Program-made: the position numbers and the translations under genes
Assembly: GCA_017513905.1 (NCBI GenBank)
Contig: JAFWMR010000003.1
Coordinates: 3,544-67,543 of the forward strand
Length of the DNA: 64,000 nucleotides
Direction of reading: 5' to 3'
From: Candidatus Saccharimonadota bacterium
GTDB lineage: Bacteria > Patescibacteriota > Saccharimonadia > Saccharimonadales > Saccharimonadaceae
Part shown: positions 7,127 to 16,178 of the stretch, piece by piece
Layout: each line of letters begins with the position of its first letter
How positions within the stretch are numbered: the stretch's first letter is position 1
The notes under the pieces: model-generated
What the model was told of the DNA's origin: nothing
Database searches by the model: none
The model's input: the letters and a program-made list of their open reading frames with translations, nothing else

Positions 7127-9463
7127 ATGCCCAAGAACTTAGTAATCGTTGAGTCTCCAGCCAAAGCCAAAACTATTGAAAAATATTTAGGACATGATTT
7201 TCGTGTCATGTCAAGCGTAGGGCACATTCGAAAAGACACCAAAGTTGATGTAAAAAACGATTTTGCCGTCACTTATGAAATAGATCCTGGTCACGCCAAA
7301 GTCGTATCAGAATTGAAAAAAGCCGTCAAATCTGCCAATACCGTTTGGCTAGCGACCGATGAAGATCGCGAAGGAGAATCAATTTCTTGGCACTTGCTCG
7401 AGGTCCTCAAGCTACCTAAAACAACACACCGTATCACTTTTCATGAAATCACTAAGCCCGCACTAGAAGCGGCCATTAAGGCTCCTAGAACCGTAGATAT
7501 GGCCATGGTCTCATCTCAACAAGCCCGCCAGACACTTGATATGCTAGTTGGTTTCGATCTCTCTGGTGTTGTTCGTAGAAAAGTCCCTGGCGCCATTTCT
7601 GCAGGTCGTGTTCAATCTCCTGCATTAAGGCTTATAGTAGAAAAAGAACGCGAAATTGAGCAGACTAAAGAAAAGTACTCTTTCAAAGTTACTGGTGATT
7701 TCATCGACATTAAAAAACACGTTTTTATTGGATCGCTTGAAAAGACCGCGCCAGCAAGCGAGAAAGACGCCGAAAAGCTTCTAGATTCACTAAAAGAAGC
7801 CAAATATACTGTTTCTGCCGTAGAAAAAACTGAAGGCATTAAGCCTAATCCGGTTCCATTCGCTACTGCCGCTCTACAAATCGAGGCCAATAGCAGATTA
7901 GGCTTCTCTTCTAGCACGACGATGCGTGCCGCACAAGGTCTTTATCAGGCTGGCCATATTACTTATCACCGCACTGATTCACTTAACTTATCTAAGCAGG
8001 CTCTTGGATCTATTGCTCACTATATAGAAACTAAATTCGGCAAAGAATACCTCCACACGAGGAATTTCAAAACGCATTCCGCCGGAGCCCAAGAAGCCCA
8101 CGAAGCTATTCGTCCAACCCATATTGAAATCGAGTCTGCCGGATCCAATGATTACGAAAGAAAACTTTACAAGCTTATCCGTGCTCGCACTCTTGCAACT
8201 CAAATGACAAACGCTATAGTTGCCAAAACGGTTATATCCCTCAAACCAGACAAAGCGCCGTCGAAAAATTTCGTCGCTCGTGGAGAAGTAGTAGTCTTCG
8301 ATGGTTTTCTTAAGGTGTATGGCAAATCCAAAGATTTAGAACTTCCGAATCTAAAACAAGGTGATATAGTCAGCGCTATCAAGATTACGGCTCGCCAAAC
8401 TTTTGCTAAACCACCGGCACGATATACCGAAGGCTCGCTCGTCAAGAAACTCGAAGAACTCGGCATTGGTCGCCCATCAACCTATGCTTCTATTATGACC
8501 GCCATCCAATCACGTGGCTACGTCAAAAAAGGAGAATCTGAAGGCAAAGATCGCGAAGTCATCGAATATACCTTGGAACATTCCACAGTTAGCAAAAACA
8601 CTGTACTTGAGAAGACCGGCGCCAACAAAGGTAAACTCATACCGACACCGATAGGTGAACTTGTCTCCGACTTTCTCACAGAGAATTTCGACCAAATAGT
8701 CGACTATGGCTTCACCGCTGACGTGGAACAAAAGCTTGATCGTATTGCCGAGAAAAAGCTCGAACGCGTACGCATGCTACGTGACTTCTATACTCCGTTC
8801 TCTCAACTTATCGACCGTTCATCCTTCCTAGAGCGTTACAACTCTGCTACCGAATTAGGAATTGATCCCGAAAGTGGGAAAAAGATATTTGCAAAAATCG
8901 GAAAAAATGGTGGTTTTATCCAGCTTGGAGAAAACGAAAAGGAGACCGGCGAAAAGCCTCGCTTCGCCCCATTGCCAAAAGGCAAGACCACCAAGGATGT
9001 TACCTTAGAAGAAGCAATTAAGCAACTCTCTTTACCTACACTACCGAGAAGCCTCGGCCAAGCCAAAGACGGCACTGAAATTATTGCCGCGTCTGGCCCA
9101 TTTGGACCATACTTAAAAGCAGGTAAGTACAATATCACGATTAAGGGTAAAGATCCTTACACTATCTCTCTTAACGAAGCTACGATTCTGTACAATGAAA
9201 AACTAAAAAGTATCATCAAAGATTTTGAAAATGGCATTATGATCCTAAATGGCGCCTATGGCCCATACATTAAAGGCTGCGGTCGACGCAATAATCTCAA
9301 AATTCCGAAAGAAATAGACGCAAAAAAAATCACAAAAAAGCAAGCCGAAGATATGCTCTTCAAAAAATTTGGCACTAAAGCGTTACCAGGGAACGATGCG
9401 CTCAAAAAGACCGTAAAAAAATCTAAAAAATCTGCTCGTAAAACCACAAGCAAAAAAGCATAA
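7127..9463 (+). CDS. topA: DNA topoisomerase I (type IA) with a lysine-rich C-terminal tail
   Basis: TOPRIM N-terminus LVIVESPAKAKTIEKYLG and the active-site region GHITYHRTDS. I saw no obvious Cys4 zinc fingers in the C-terminal part. Confidence 0.9.
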   Translation: MPKNLVIVESPAKAKTIEKYLGHDFRVMSSVGHIRKDTKVDVKNDFAVTYEIDPGHAKVVSELKKAVKSANTVWLATDEDREGESISWHLLEVLKLPKTTHRITFHEITKPALEAAIKAPRTVDMAMVSSQQARQTLDMLVGFDLSGVVRRKVPGAISAGRVQSPALRLIVEKEREIEQTKEKYSFKVTGDFIDIKKHVFIGSLEKTAPASEKDAEKLLDSLKEAKYTVSAVEKTEGIKPNPVPFATAALQIEANSRLGFSSSTTMRAAQGLYQAGHITYHRTDSLNLSKQALGSIAHYIETKFGKEYLHTRNFKTHSAGAQEAHEAIRPTHIEIESAGSNDYERKLYKLIRARTLATQMTNAIVAKTVISLKPDKAPSKNFVARGEVVVFDGFLKVYGKSKDLELPNLKQGDIVSAIKITARQTFAKPPARYTEGSLVKKLEELGIGRPSTYASIMTAIQSRGYVKKGESEGKDREVIEYTLEHSTVSKNTVLEKTGANKGKLIPTPIGELVSDFLTENFDQIVDYGFTADVEQKLDRIAEKKLERVRMLRDFYTPFSQLIDRSSFLERYNSATELGIDPESGKKIFAKIGKNGGFIQLGENEKETGEKPRFAPLPKGKTTKDVTLEEAIKQLSLPTLPRSLGQAKDGTEIIAASGPFGPYLKAGKYNITIKGKDPYTISLNEATILYNEKLKSIIKDFENGIMILNGAYGPYIKGCGRRNNLKIPKEIDAKKITKKQAEDMLFKKFGTKALPGNDALKKTVKKSKKSARKTTSKKA

Positions 9464-9569
9464 TAAACATAAAAAGTAAACTTTTTTACAATTTTCTTGC
9501 AATAATTGTAAAATTTGTGATACAATAATTCGAAAGATAACGCGCACCTTAAATAACAGCATAAATCAT

Positions 9570-9598
9570 TTGACATAGATGCCAATTTATGCTATATT
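9570..9598 (+). promoter_or_regulatory. putative sigma70-type promoter upstream of 9649 CDS
   Basis: TTGACA, a 17-nt spacer, then TATATT. Confidence 0.5.
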
Positions 9599-9648
9599 AT
9601 ATTTTAAGTTTCAATATTATTAACGGGGTGGAAATAAGGAAATAACCA

Positions 9649-10689
9649 ATGGAACAAAACGCCGACCTGGTCGCGAAAGCGATTAAAGGCAGTCTCAGTA
9701 TTATCGACCAAGACCGCGAGCGCAAAATCGTTGAGAAACGTTTTGGCCTCGACGGTCAGAAAGAGACTCTCGAGCAAATCGGAGAAACATTATCCGTCAC
9801 CAGGGAACGCGTTCGTCAATTGGAAAAAGTCATCCTCGTTCGTCTTCGCATCGCTGCCAGCCAAGGGAAAATACCGGATTTAGCTGGCGCCGAAAAAATC
9901 ATCATCAGGAATCTAGCCGAGCTTGGACGCGTAGCTAAAGTTACTGAGCTTGCCAACAAAATCTTCGGGAACAAAGCCACTAACGCTAACCACGCCACTA
10001 TCTGCTTCTTAGCTGATATATCCGCTAGCCTCACGGTCGTTACGGAAAACGACCGCTATTTTAACGCAATAGGCATTGCCGATGCAGGGGACGAAAAGAC
10101 CATCCGTGGCAAAGTTGACGAAATCGTCAAAATCATAAAGGAAAATAAAGCTCCACTCACTCTTGATGATCTAGACAACAGGCTCAACTACGAACATCCA
10201 TCCCAGATTGCAGCCGTAGCATCCGTATCTAAACAACTAGCATCACTCAATGGGCTCTGGGGTCTTGCTAAATGGCCATCTGTCAACCCAAAGAACATCC
10301 GTGATAAAATTTACGTCATTCTAGAAACAAACAAAGAACCGATGCATTTCAATGACATCGCCTCCGCTATTGCCGAAAGCAACTTCAAACGCAAGAATGT
10401 CACGACTCAAGCTATTCACAACGAACTAATCAAAGATCCTCGCTTTGTCCTCATTGGACGCGGTATTTATGCTCTGGATAGCTGGGGATACAAAAAGGGA
10501 ACTGTTTCCGAAATCATCACCGATGCCCTTAAGAGAGCCGGCCGTCCTCTTTCTCGCGAAGAAATTGTCGCCGAAGTCATGAAATCCCGTAAAGTTAAAG
10601 AGACCACAATTCTGCTGAATCTTCAAAACAAAAAGCTTTTTGACAAAGTCGACAAAAACGCATTTGTGCTCCACGAAGACAAAGCATAA
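9649..10689 (+). CDS. sigma-70 region-4-like HTH protein with repeated HARE-HTH/RpoE-delta-like winged-helix modules
   Basis: The N-terminus ETLEQIGETLSVTRERVRQLEKVIL resembles sigma region 4.2. Two to three repeats of the type 'name..PL(T/H)..(D/E)I...I' follow. No sigma region 2 is present. Confidence 0.7.
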   Translation: MEQNADLVAKAIKGSLSIIDQDRERKIVEKRFGLDGQKETLEQIGETLSVTRERVRQLEKVILVRLRIAASQGKIPDLAGAEKIIIRNLAELGRVAKVTELANKIFGNKATNANHATICFLADISASLTVVTENDRYFNAIGIADAGDEKTIRGKVDEIVKIIKENKAPLTLDDLDNRLNYEHPSQIAAVASVSKQLASLNGLWGLAKWPSVNPKNIRDKIYVILETNKEPMHFNDIASAIAESNFKRKNVTTQAIHNELIKDPRFVLIGRGIYALDSWGYKKGTVSEIITDALKRAGRPLSREEIVAEVMKSRKVKETTILLNLQNKKLFDKVDKNAFVLHEDKA

Positions 10690-10730
10690 ACTCTAGCCTC
10701 TTCGACGAAAATATGGTAAAATAGTCATAA

Positions 10731-13700
10731 ATGCTATCGTCGATTATTCACATCATTTTGTCCCCTATCATTTGGATTCCGCTCGTTGGAGTTTTCGCAT
10801 ATCTTACTTACCGTAACTATCAGAAATCCAACCGTCTTAAAGTCCTCAACATCGACTCTGTCCTTCTGATGCTCGAAATTCCACGCACTAACGATAAAAA
10901 AGAGCTTGCAGCCGAACAGCTTTTTGCTTCACTCCATGGTATTCTACGCGACAAGAACGAGCTAAAAACCTCTGGTGGGGTTCAGGAACATCTTAGTTTT
11001 GAAATCGTCTCCGCTAAAGGGCAAATTCGTTTTTATGTCTGGGTCCCACGTATCCTCCAAAGCTTCGTAGAAGGCCAGATTTATTCTCAGTATCCCACCG
11101 TTCAAATCTACAAGATGGATGAGGATTATGTTGATAACCGCCATAAACACACCGTTGTTTACTCTAGCGAGCTTACTCTCACGGAAAACAGCGCACTACC
11201 TATTAAGACCTTCGATTCGTTTGAGGTCGATCCACTTGCAGGCATCACTGGAACTCTAGCTAAGCTAGATGCCGATCGTGGCGAAGAGCTATGGATTCAA
11301 ATCCTCACTCGGCCAATCGCCGATGATTGGCATAAAAGCACGACCGACAAATGGATTACTAATATAAAATCCGGCAAAAGTGTCGATCTTTTCGGAACTG
11401 GCTTCGATTTACGTTGGCTAGCACAAATCTTTGCCGCACTATGGAAACCACCTGAAGGCGGCGTTGGCGGTGAAGTAAAGGCGGTAGAAATATCCGAACG
11501 AGATAAAACGCGCATCTCAAAGGCCGAAGAGAAAGCCACTAAGCTAGGCTATCAAGTCAAAATACGCCTAGCATATCTCGGAGCCGACGAAATAAACGCC
11601 AAGCTCAACATGCAAGCACTTGTCGGTACATTCAAGCAATTTAATTCTACCAATCTCAACGGCTTTAAGGTTTTAGGTTCTACCTTTGAACCGGAAGCCC
11701 TAGACTCGTACAAACTCCGTCAATTCACCGACGATGGATTCATTCTGAACATCAGTGAGTTGGCATCCGTCTACCACCTCCCCCACACATCCGTCGAAAC
11801 ACCGAACATCGTCTGGGCTGCATCAAAAACCGCAGAACCTCCCGCTAAACTTCCAGTCCTCACCGGAAATCCTGCCGAAGACGAGAACATTTCTGCTTTT
11901 GGCCTTACCAACTTTCGCGGCATAAACCATCAGTTCGGATTATTGCGCCGCGACCGCTCTCGTCATGTCTACATCATCGGTCAAACCGGTGCAGGTAAAT
12001 CCGGCCTTCTCGAACTCTTCGCACTATCAGACATCTTCTATAACCAAGGTTATTGCATCATTGATCCTCATGGCGACTTCGCTGTCAATAATCTCCGTTT
12101 TATTCCGGAAAATCGCATTAAGGATGTAGTTTATTTTAATCCTGCGGATACCGCCCATCCGGTCGCCTTTAACCCACTCGAACTATCTGATCCAGCACGC
12201 AAGCCTAATGTCTCATCAGAAGTCATTGGCGTTCTTAAACGTATGTTCGGAGAATCTTGGGGTCCACGTCTCGAGCATATTCTTCGCTACACACTCTTAG
12301 CCCTTCTCGATCGCCCAGAAACCACACTTCTTGATATTTCTCGTATGCTCACGGACAAAGATTTCCGCAAAGAGACTCTCGAGTATTGCAAAGACGTTAC
12401 GGTGCTCCAGTTCTGGAAACAAGAGTTTGGAACTTGGGGCGACAAGCAGGTTACCGAATCTATTGCCCCAGTCCTTAATAAGGTTGGAGCCTTCACTGCT
12501 AACCCAATCATTCGCAATATCATCGGTCAACCCAAATCATCATTCGATGTCCGAAAAATCATGGATGAGGGTAAAATACTTGTTGTCAATCTCTCCAAAG
12601 GTCTAATTGGTGAAGATAACGCCAGTATTCTTGGTGCTTTCCTCGTCACGAAAGTCCAGCTCGCCGCCATGTCGCGTTCCGATATACCAGATGTTAAAGA
12701 TCGCCGTCCGTTCTATCTATACGTCGACGAGTTCCAAAACTTCGCAACCGACTCATTCGCTGTTATTCTTTCTGAAGCACGTAAATATGGTCTAAATCTA
12801 ACCGTAGCAAACCAATATATCGCCCAAATGACAGATTCGGTTCGTGACGCCGTCTTTGGAAACGTCGGCACCACTATCAGCTTCCGCGTTTCCGCAGATG
12901 ATGCGCCACTACTCGTAAAACAATTCGAGCCAACCTTTGATGCATCTGACCTTATCCAGATGAACAATCGTCACTTTATCATCTCCATGATTATTAATGG
13001 AGAAAAAGTCCCTGCTTTTTCTGCAACCACTCTATCAATTCCTGAGCCTCCACAAAACAATCTCGATGCTATTATAGAGTCTTCTCGCGAGAAATATTCT
13101 CGCCCCCGAGCCGATGTTGAAGAGGAGATTCGTGAAACTATCGAAGCATCCGAAAAGTACAAGAAAGAACTTTCAGACTCCGGACGTGCCGCTGGTGAAA
13201 AAGGGAACACGCAGGACTATTCTCATGCGCAGTTTATATTCCAAAAAACCGAAAAGAGAGCACCTGTAAAGCCAATCAAACCAACCGAGGTCGAACAAGA
13301 GCCAATCCAAATTACCGACGAGAAGGAAGACGAACCAGAAAAAGCCCAAGAAATCGTAGAGCCGCCCAAACCAGAAAAGCATTTTGATGACGAAGGTGAG
13401 TTCATGTTCCGATCTAGCAGAATCCACGAGTCGAAGTCATTTAATCCAAATGCCGCTAAAGAGAAATTCGTTCAAACAATTCATAAGACAACTTACGAAG
13501 ACAATCGATCCGCCGCAGTCCAATGGAGAGAAGAACAGTCAAACAAAGAATCCACTTCTAATCGATTGAATGAACAAAGAAGAGACAAAAACAAGAAAAA
13601 GAACAAAAACCGAACTAAGAATCCTCGCCATCAACAGACGCCACAGCAGGCTCTCCGCGATCTCGGAGTATCTCCAAATACCGCTGAAGACAAAACAGAT

Positions 13701-13787
13701 CGACCGACCCTTAAGGATCTAGGTAAGCTCGTTGAGCAGCAGCAAAAGGGAAACACTGAAAAGAAAAACCATTCTTCTGAACAGTAG
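10731..13787 (+). CDS. VirD4/TraG-like (type IV coupling-protein-like) P-loop ATPase with an N-terminal TM segment and a long low-complexity basic/acidic tail
   Basis: Walker A IIGQTGAGKSG, IIDPHGDF, and Walker B LYVDEFQNF. The roughly 250-aa C-terminus is K/E/Q-rich. Confidence 0.75.
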   Translation: MLSSIIHIILSPIIWIPLVGVFAYLTYRNYQKSNRLKVLNIDSVLLMLEIPRTNDKKELAAEQLFASLHGILRDKNELKTSGGVQEHLSFEIVSAKGQIRFYVWVPRILQSFVEGQIYSQYPTVQIYKMDEDYVDNRHKHTVVYSSELTLTENSALPIKTFDSFEVDPLAGITGTLAKLDADRGEELWIQILTRPIADDWHKSTTDKWITNIKSGKSVDLFGTGFDLRWLAQIFAALWKPPEGGVGGEVKAVEISERDKTRISKAEEKATKLGYQVKIRLAYLGADEINAKLNMQALVGTFKQFNSTNLNGFKVLGSTFEPEALDSYKLRQFTDDGFILNISELASVYHLPHTSVETPNIVWAASKTAEPPAKLPVLTGNPAEDENISAFGLTNFRGINHQFGLLRRDRSRHVYIIGQTGAGKSGLLELFALSDIFYNQGYCIIDPHGDFAVNNLRFIPENRIKDVVYFNPADTAHPVAFNPLELSDPARKPNVSSEVIGVLKRMFGESWGPRLEHILRYTLLALLDRPETTLLDISRMLTDKDFRKETLEYCKDVTVLQFWKQEFGTWGDKQVTESIAPVLNKVGAFTANPIIRNIIGQPKSSFDVRKIMDEGKILVVNLSKGLIGEDNASILGAFLVTKVQLAAMSRSDIPDVKDRRPFYLYVDEFQNFATDSFAVILSEARKYGLNLTVANQYIAQMTDSVRDAVFGNVGTTISFRVSADDAPLLVKQFEPTFDASDLIQMNNRHFIISMIINGEKVPAFSATTLSIPEPPQNNLDAIIESSREKYSRPRADVEEEIRETIEASEKYKKELSDSGRAAGEKGNTQDYSHAQFIFQKTEKRAPVKPIKPTEVEQEPIQITDEKEDEPEKAQEIVEPPKPEKHFDDEGEFMFRSSRIHESKSFNPNAAKEKFVQTIHKTTYEDNRSAAVQWREEQSNKESTSNRLNEQRRDKNKKKNKNRTKNPRHQQTPQQALRDLGVSPNTAEDKTDRPTLKDLGKLVEQQQKGNTEKKNHSSEQ

Positions 13788-13851
13788 GACGGAAGACTAT
13801 GATATCATATACTAATAGGGGGGAGTACTTTCTTGTGAAAGAGGGATAAGT

Positions 13852-14073
13852 ATGAAAATGAAGCTCACTATAGGGCAAATTTCTACAGAATTATTAGAAA
13901 TGATGGATAGAGAGCTCCAACGCTATTTGAAGTGCACAATTCAATCAGTTGATGGCGAGACTCAGGTGTTATGTGAGTCTAACGATTTAGTTAAATGCAT
14001 GGAAGTAGTTGCCGTAGTAGATAGATACAACCCTGATATCATAGAACCAGCACAACAAGCAATATCCCCCTAA
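13852..14073 (+). CDS. hypothetical small protein (73 aa)
   Basis: The SD GAGGGA lies upstream of the ATG and a clean terminator follows. Confidence 0.5.
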   Translation: MKMKLTIGQISTELLEMMDRELQRYLKCTIQSVDGETQVLCESNDLVKCMEVVAVVDRYNPDIIEPAQQAISP

Positions 14074-14081
14074 CAATCCAC

Positions 14082-14107
14082 AGAGCGCAAACACATGCGC
14101 TCTTTTT
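14082..14107 (+). terminator. rho-independent terminator
   Basis: AGAGCGC-aaacacat-GCGCTCT followed by TTTT. Confidence 0.75.
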
Positions 14108-14121
14108 AAAGCCCCTCATGC

Positions 14122-14151
14122 TTGACCCCTGTTCCACCTCTATTATATAAT
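14122..14151 (+). promoter_or_regulatory. putative promoter overlapping the repeated ACCCCTGTTnnACCTCT motif
   Basis: TTGACC, an 18-nt spacer, then TATAAT. The motif recurs exactly 300 nt downstream. Confidence 0.5.
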
Positions 14152-14172
14152 ACAAAAAAATAAGGAGAGATT

Positions 14173-14331
14173 ATGCCTTTAGTTTATCAACCAGCCGGGA
14201 CACCTGGCACTCATCTTGGCGAAGCCAAATTATCTCGTGAAGCTTTAGAAAAAATTTCAGCAAACATCGAAAAGCAAAATGAAATTCTAAAGCAGATTCT
14301 TGAAACCCTCTCGAAAAATAAGAAAAAATAA
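14173..14331 (+). CDS. small ORF (52 aa), not in the supplied ORF track
   Basis: AAGGAGAG lies 3 nt upstream of the ATG. The product MPLVYQPAGTPGTHLGEAKLSREALEKISANIEKQNEILKQILETLSKNKKK is predicted helical or coiled. Confidence 0.5.
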   Translation: MPLVYQPAGTPGTHLGEAKLSREALEKISANIEKQNEILKQILETLSKNKKK

Positions 14332-14468
14332 GGAGAAAAGGGAACCACTAATTCCCTTACCTCTATTACGCAATTCTCTACCCCTGTTATCTGCATATAG
14401 ACAAATATAATCCGTCCTTATATCACCCCTGTTATACCTCTGTAAATCCAGCATTCGGGGGCTTTTTT

Positions 14469-14639
14469 ATGAATCATTTTGAAATCCAGATTCTAAGCAA
14501 GATTATCATAAAAAACCAGAATCATGGCACAAGTAGAGAACTAAGCATTCAAAAAACAGCCCAACCTGCGAATCAACGACGCGCGAATATTCACAGGCCT
14601 TTACCCACATTTCTCAACATATCAAATGTCGCACAATAA
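14469..14639 (+). CDS. possible small ORF (56 aa)
   Basis: The ATG is preceded by GGGGG, and the third copy of the ACCCCTGTT..ACCTCT motif lies 44 nt upstream. The coding signal is weak. Confidence 0.25.
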   Translation: MNHFEIQILSKIIIKNQNHGTSRELSIQKTAQPANQRRANIHRPLPTFLNISNVAQ

Positions 14640-15140
14640 CTATTTTAAGACATTACACTTAGACATATAAGACGATAACTTAATCGTCTACAAGGGGAAA
14701 CATATAGACTTTAACTAAAGATTTGTGTCTTCGCGCCCATGTATACTTATATAAACATATTACATTTTAATACACATGTTCGCAATGACGACAGCAGGTT
14801 TATTGTCATATAACTACCAACAGAACTAGTTTATTGCCACGATCAATCTCTATATCAACAACAGCTATACGAACTTTTATCCCGCGCACAAACAAAAGCT
14901 GCATCATCGTCAAAAAAATCGTCAAGTCCGCATCTCGCCAATTCCAGTATTTGCATTTTACGCATTTTTATGGTCTTTCTTGATTTTTTTGACAAAAAAT
15001 CAATTTTTCTCAATTCCCCATTTCCCTGTCCAATTTTAGCGTCCATAGAACACACAAACCAGCATTACAAAAACACGATTCCTCAAATTTTTGTTTCTCC
15101 AGTAGAACAAAAACCGAACATAATAGGGAAATAAATACAT

Positions 15141-15167
15141 TTTTAAAAACCGGGCCATCTGACCCGG
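15141..15167 (-). terminator. rho-independent terminator for the 15200..15550 gene
   Basis: On the minus strand: CCGGG-tcagatgg-CCCGG followed by TTTTT. Confidence 0.6.
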
Positions 15168-15199
15168 CAAGATATATGTTTATTGTCAACCAGTTCTTC

Positions 15200-15550
15200 C
15201 TACACTTCCTTCATATACCTAATAGCAATTATAGTTATCGTCGTCACAACAAACACAATTACTGATATTTTCCAAATAGATCGATCAATAAAAGTCAACC
15301 TTTCCCCAGATATTGTACCCTTTAGTTCCCTTTCAAATATCTCATCCTCACGCAATTCAGAACGTCTGTCTCGTCCCAAAAACGATATGGAATTATATCC
15401 TTCTTGATCACGTATTTCTTCGAGTTCAATTCCAGCTGCTACCTTCAACTCCTTTCTTAATCGCAGAGTCGCTACCTTTAAGATAATCAACGCAATAAGA
15501 CCCGCAGCCAATCCGAAGCCCATTCCAATCAAAAAATTCACTTCTTTCAC
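15200..15550 (-). CDS. hypothetical membrane protein (N- and C-terminal TM helices), start uncertain
   Basis: Hydrophobic segments are FLIGMGFGLAAGLIALIIL and ISVIVFVVTTITIIAI. The start is GTG or another alternative codon. Confidence 0.5.
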   Translation of the reverse strand: MKEVNFLIGMGFGLAAGLIALIILKVATLRLRKELKVAAGIELEEIRDQEGYNSISFLGRDRRSELREDEIFERELKGTISGERLTFIDRSIWKISVIVFVVTTITIIAIRYMKEV

Positions 15551-15623
15551 CCCTCACATTCTATTTCGAACCAGTCGACATTAAAGAACCAAAAACTAAG
15601 CACACTATAGCACAGGTATCTCT

Positions 15624-16163
15624 CTATTTCCAGTATGCCTTTCGCTCTATTCGTACGTCTATATACTCACAACCTTGAATTCCCTGCCCCTCTAGATAGT
15701 TCAGCATTCTTGATGCATCTTCAGCGGAAACAGCTGGACTTCTATCAAGAGACACTTTTATAATCCCTGTAAAACTCTCAACTTCCACATCAACCTCACG
15801 AATTTTTCCCGCCGGTATATGTGCTCTTACTATCTTTCGATCAAGAGCGACAAACTCCTCTTCCAAATTAGCTATATATTCCTTCACGCGAGAGCTTAAA
15901 TTCTCGGCATTTTTACCAGTCGTCTCGTCTATCACCTCCACACTTGGCTCTTTCTCTATCACTATTATCTCTTGCCGCGTCGATGCCCATTTCGCCCATT
16001 CCTGAAATACCCTAAAAGCCAGGAATAACAGTAGTCCAGCGAGTAGAATCACAGCCAAAATCGCCATCAATTTCCGTCTACGAATGACTTTTCTAACCCT
16101 ATCTCTTTCCGAATCCGCCTCTAGCCGTTCTCTTTTCGCGGCAATCGTCTTACCTGCCTGCAT
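15624..16163 (-). CDS. ftsQ: FtsQ/DivIB-like cell-division protein (short)
   Basis: Single TM after a basic N-terminus. It sits directly downstream of murG in the dcw cluster and has a small POTRA-like C-terminal part. The call rests on position and topology. Confidence 0.55.
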   Translation of the reverse strand: MQAGKTIAAKRERLEADSERDRVRKVIRRRKLMAILAVILLAGLLLFLAFRVFQEWAKWASTRQEIIVIEKEPSVEVIDETTGKNAENLSSRVKEYIANLEEEFVALDRKIVRAHIPAGKIREVDVEVESFTGIIKVSLDRSPAVSAEDASRMLNYLEGQGIQGCEYIDVRIERKAYWK

Positions 16164-16178
16164 GCTCCATCTCCACCT

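Noticed and set aside
14211-14396. 61-aa minus-strand ORF
   Set aside because: It is antisense to the 52-aa plus-strand ORF, which has a perfect SD and promoter. The minus-strand ORF has no SD.
14855-15055. 66-aa minus-strand ORF in the AT-rich spacer
   Set aside because: It has no SD or recognisable promoter, and it starts at a GTG or at an ATG with no upstream signal. I kept it only as a remote possibility.
14600-15150. dif (XerCD) site at the convergent strand switch
   Set aside because: I found no CATAA-N6-TTATG-type core with appropriate arms. The nearest candidates (around 14660 and 14740) match only one arm.
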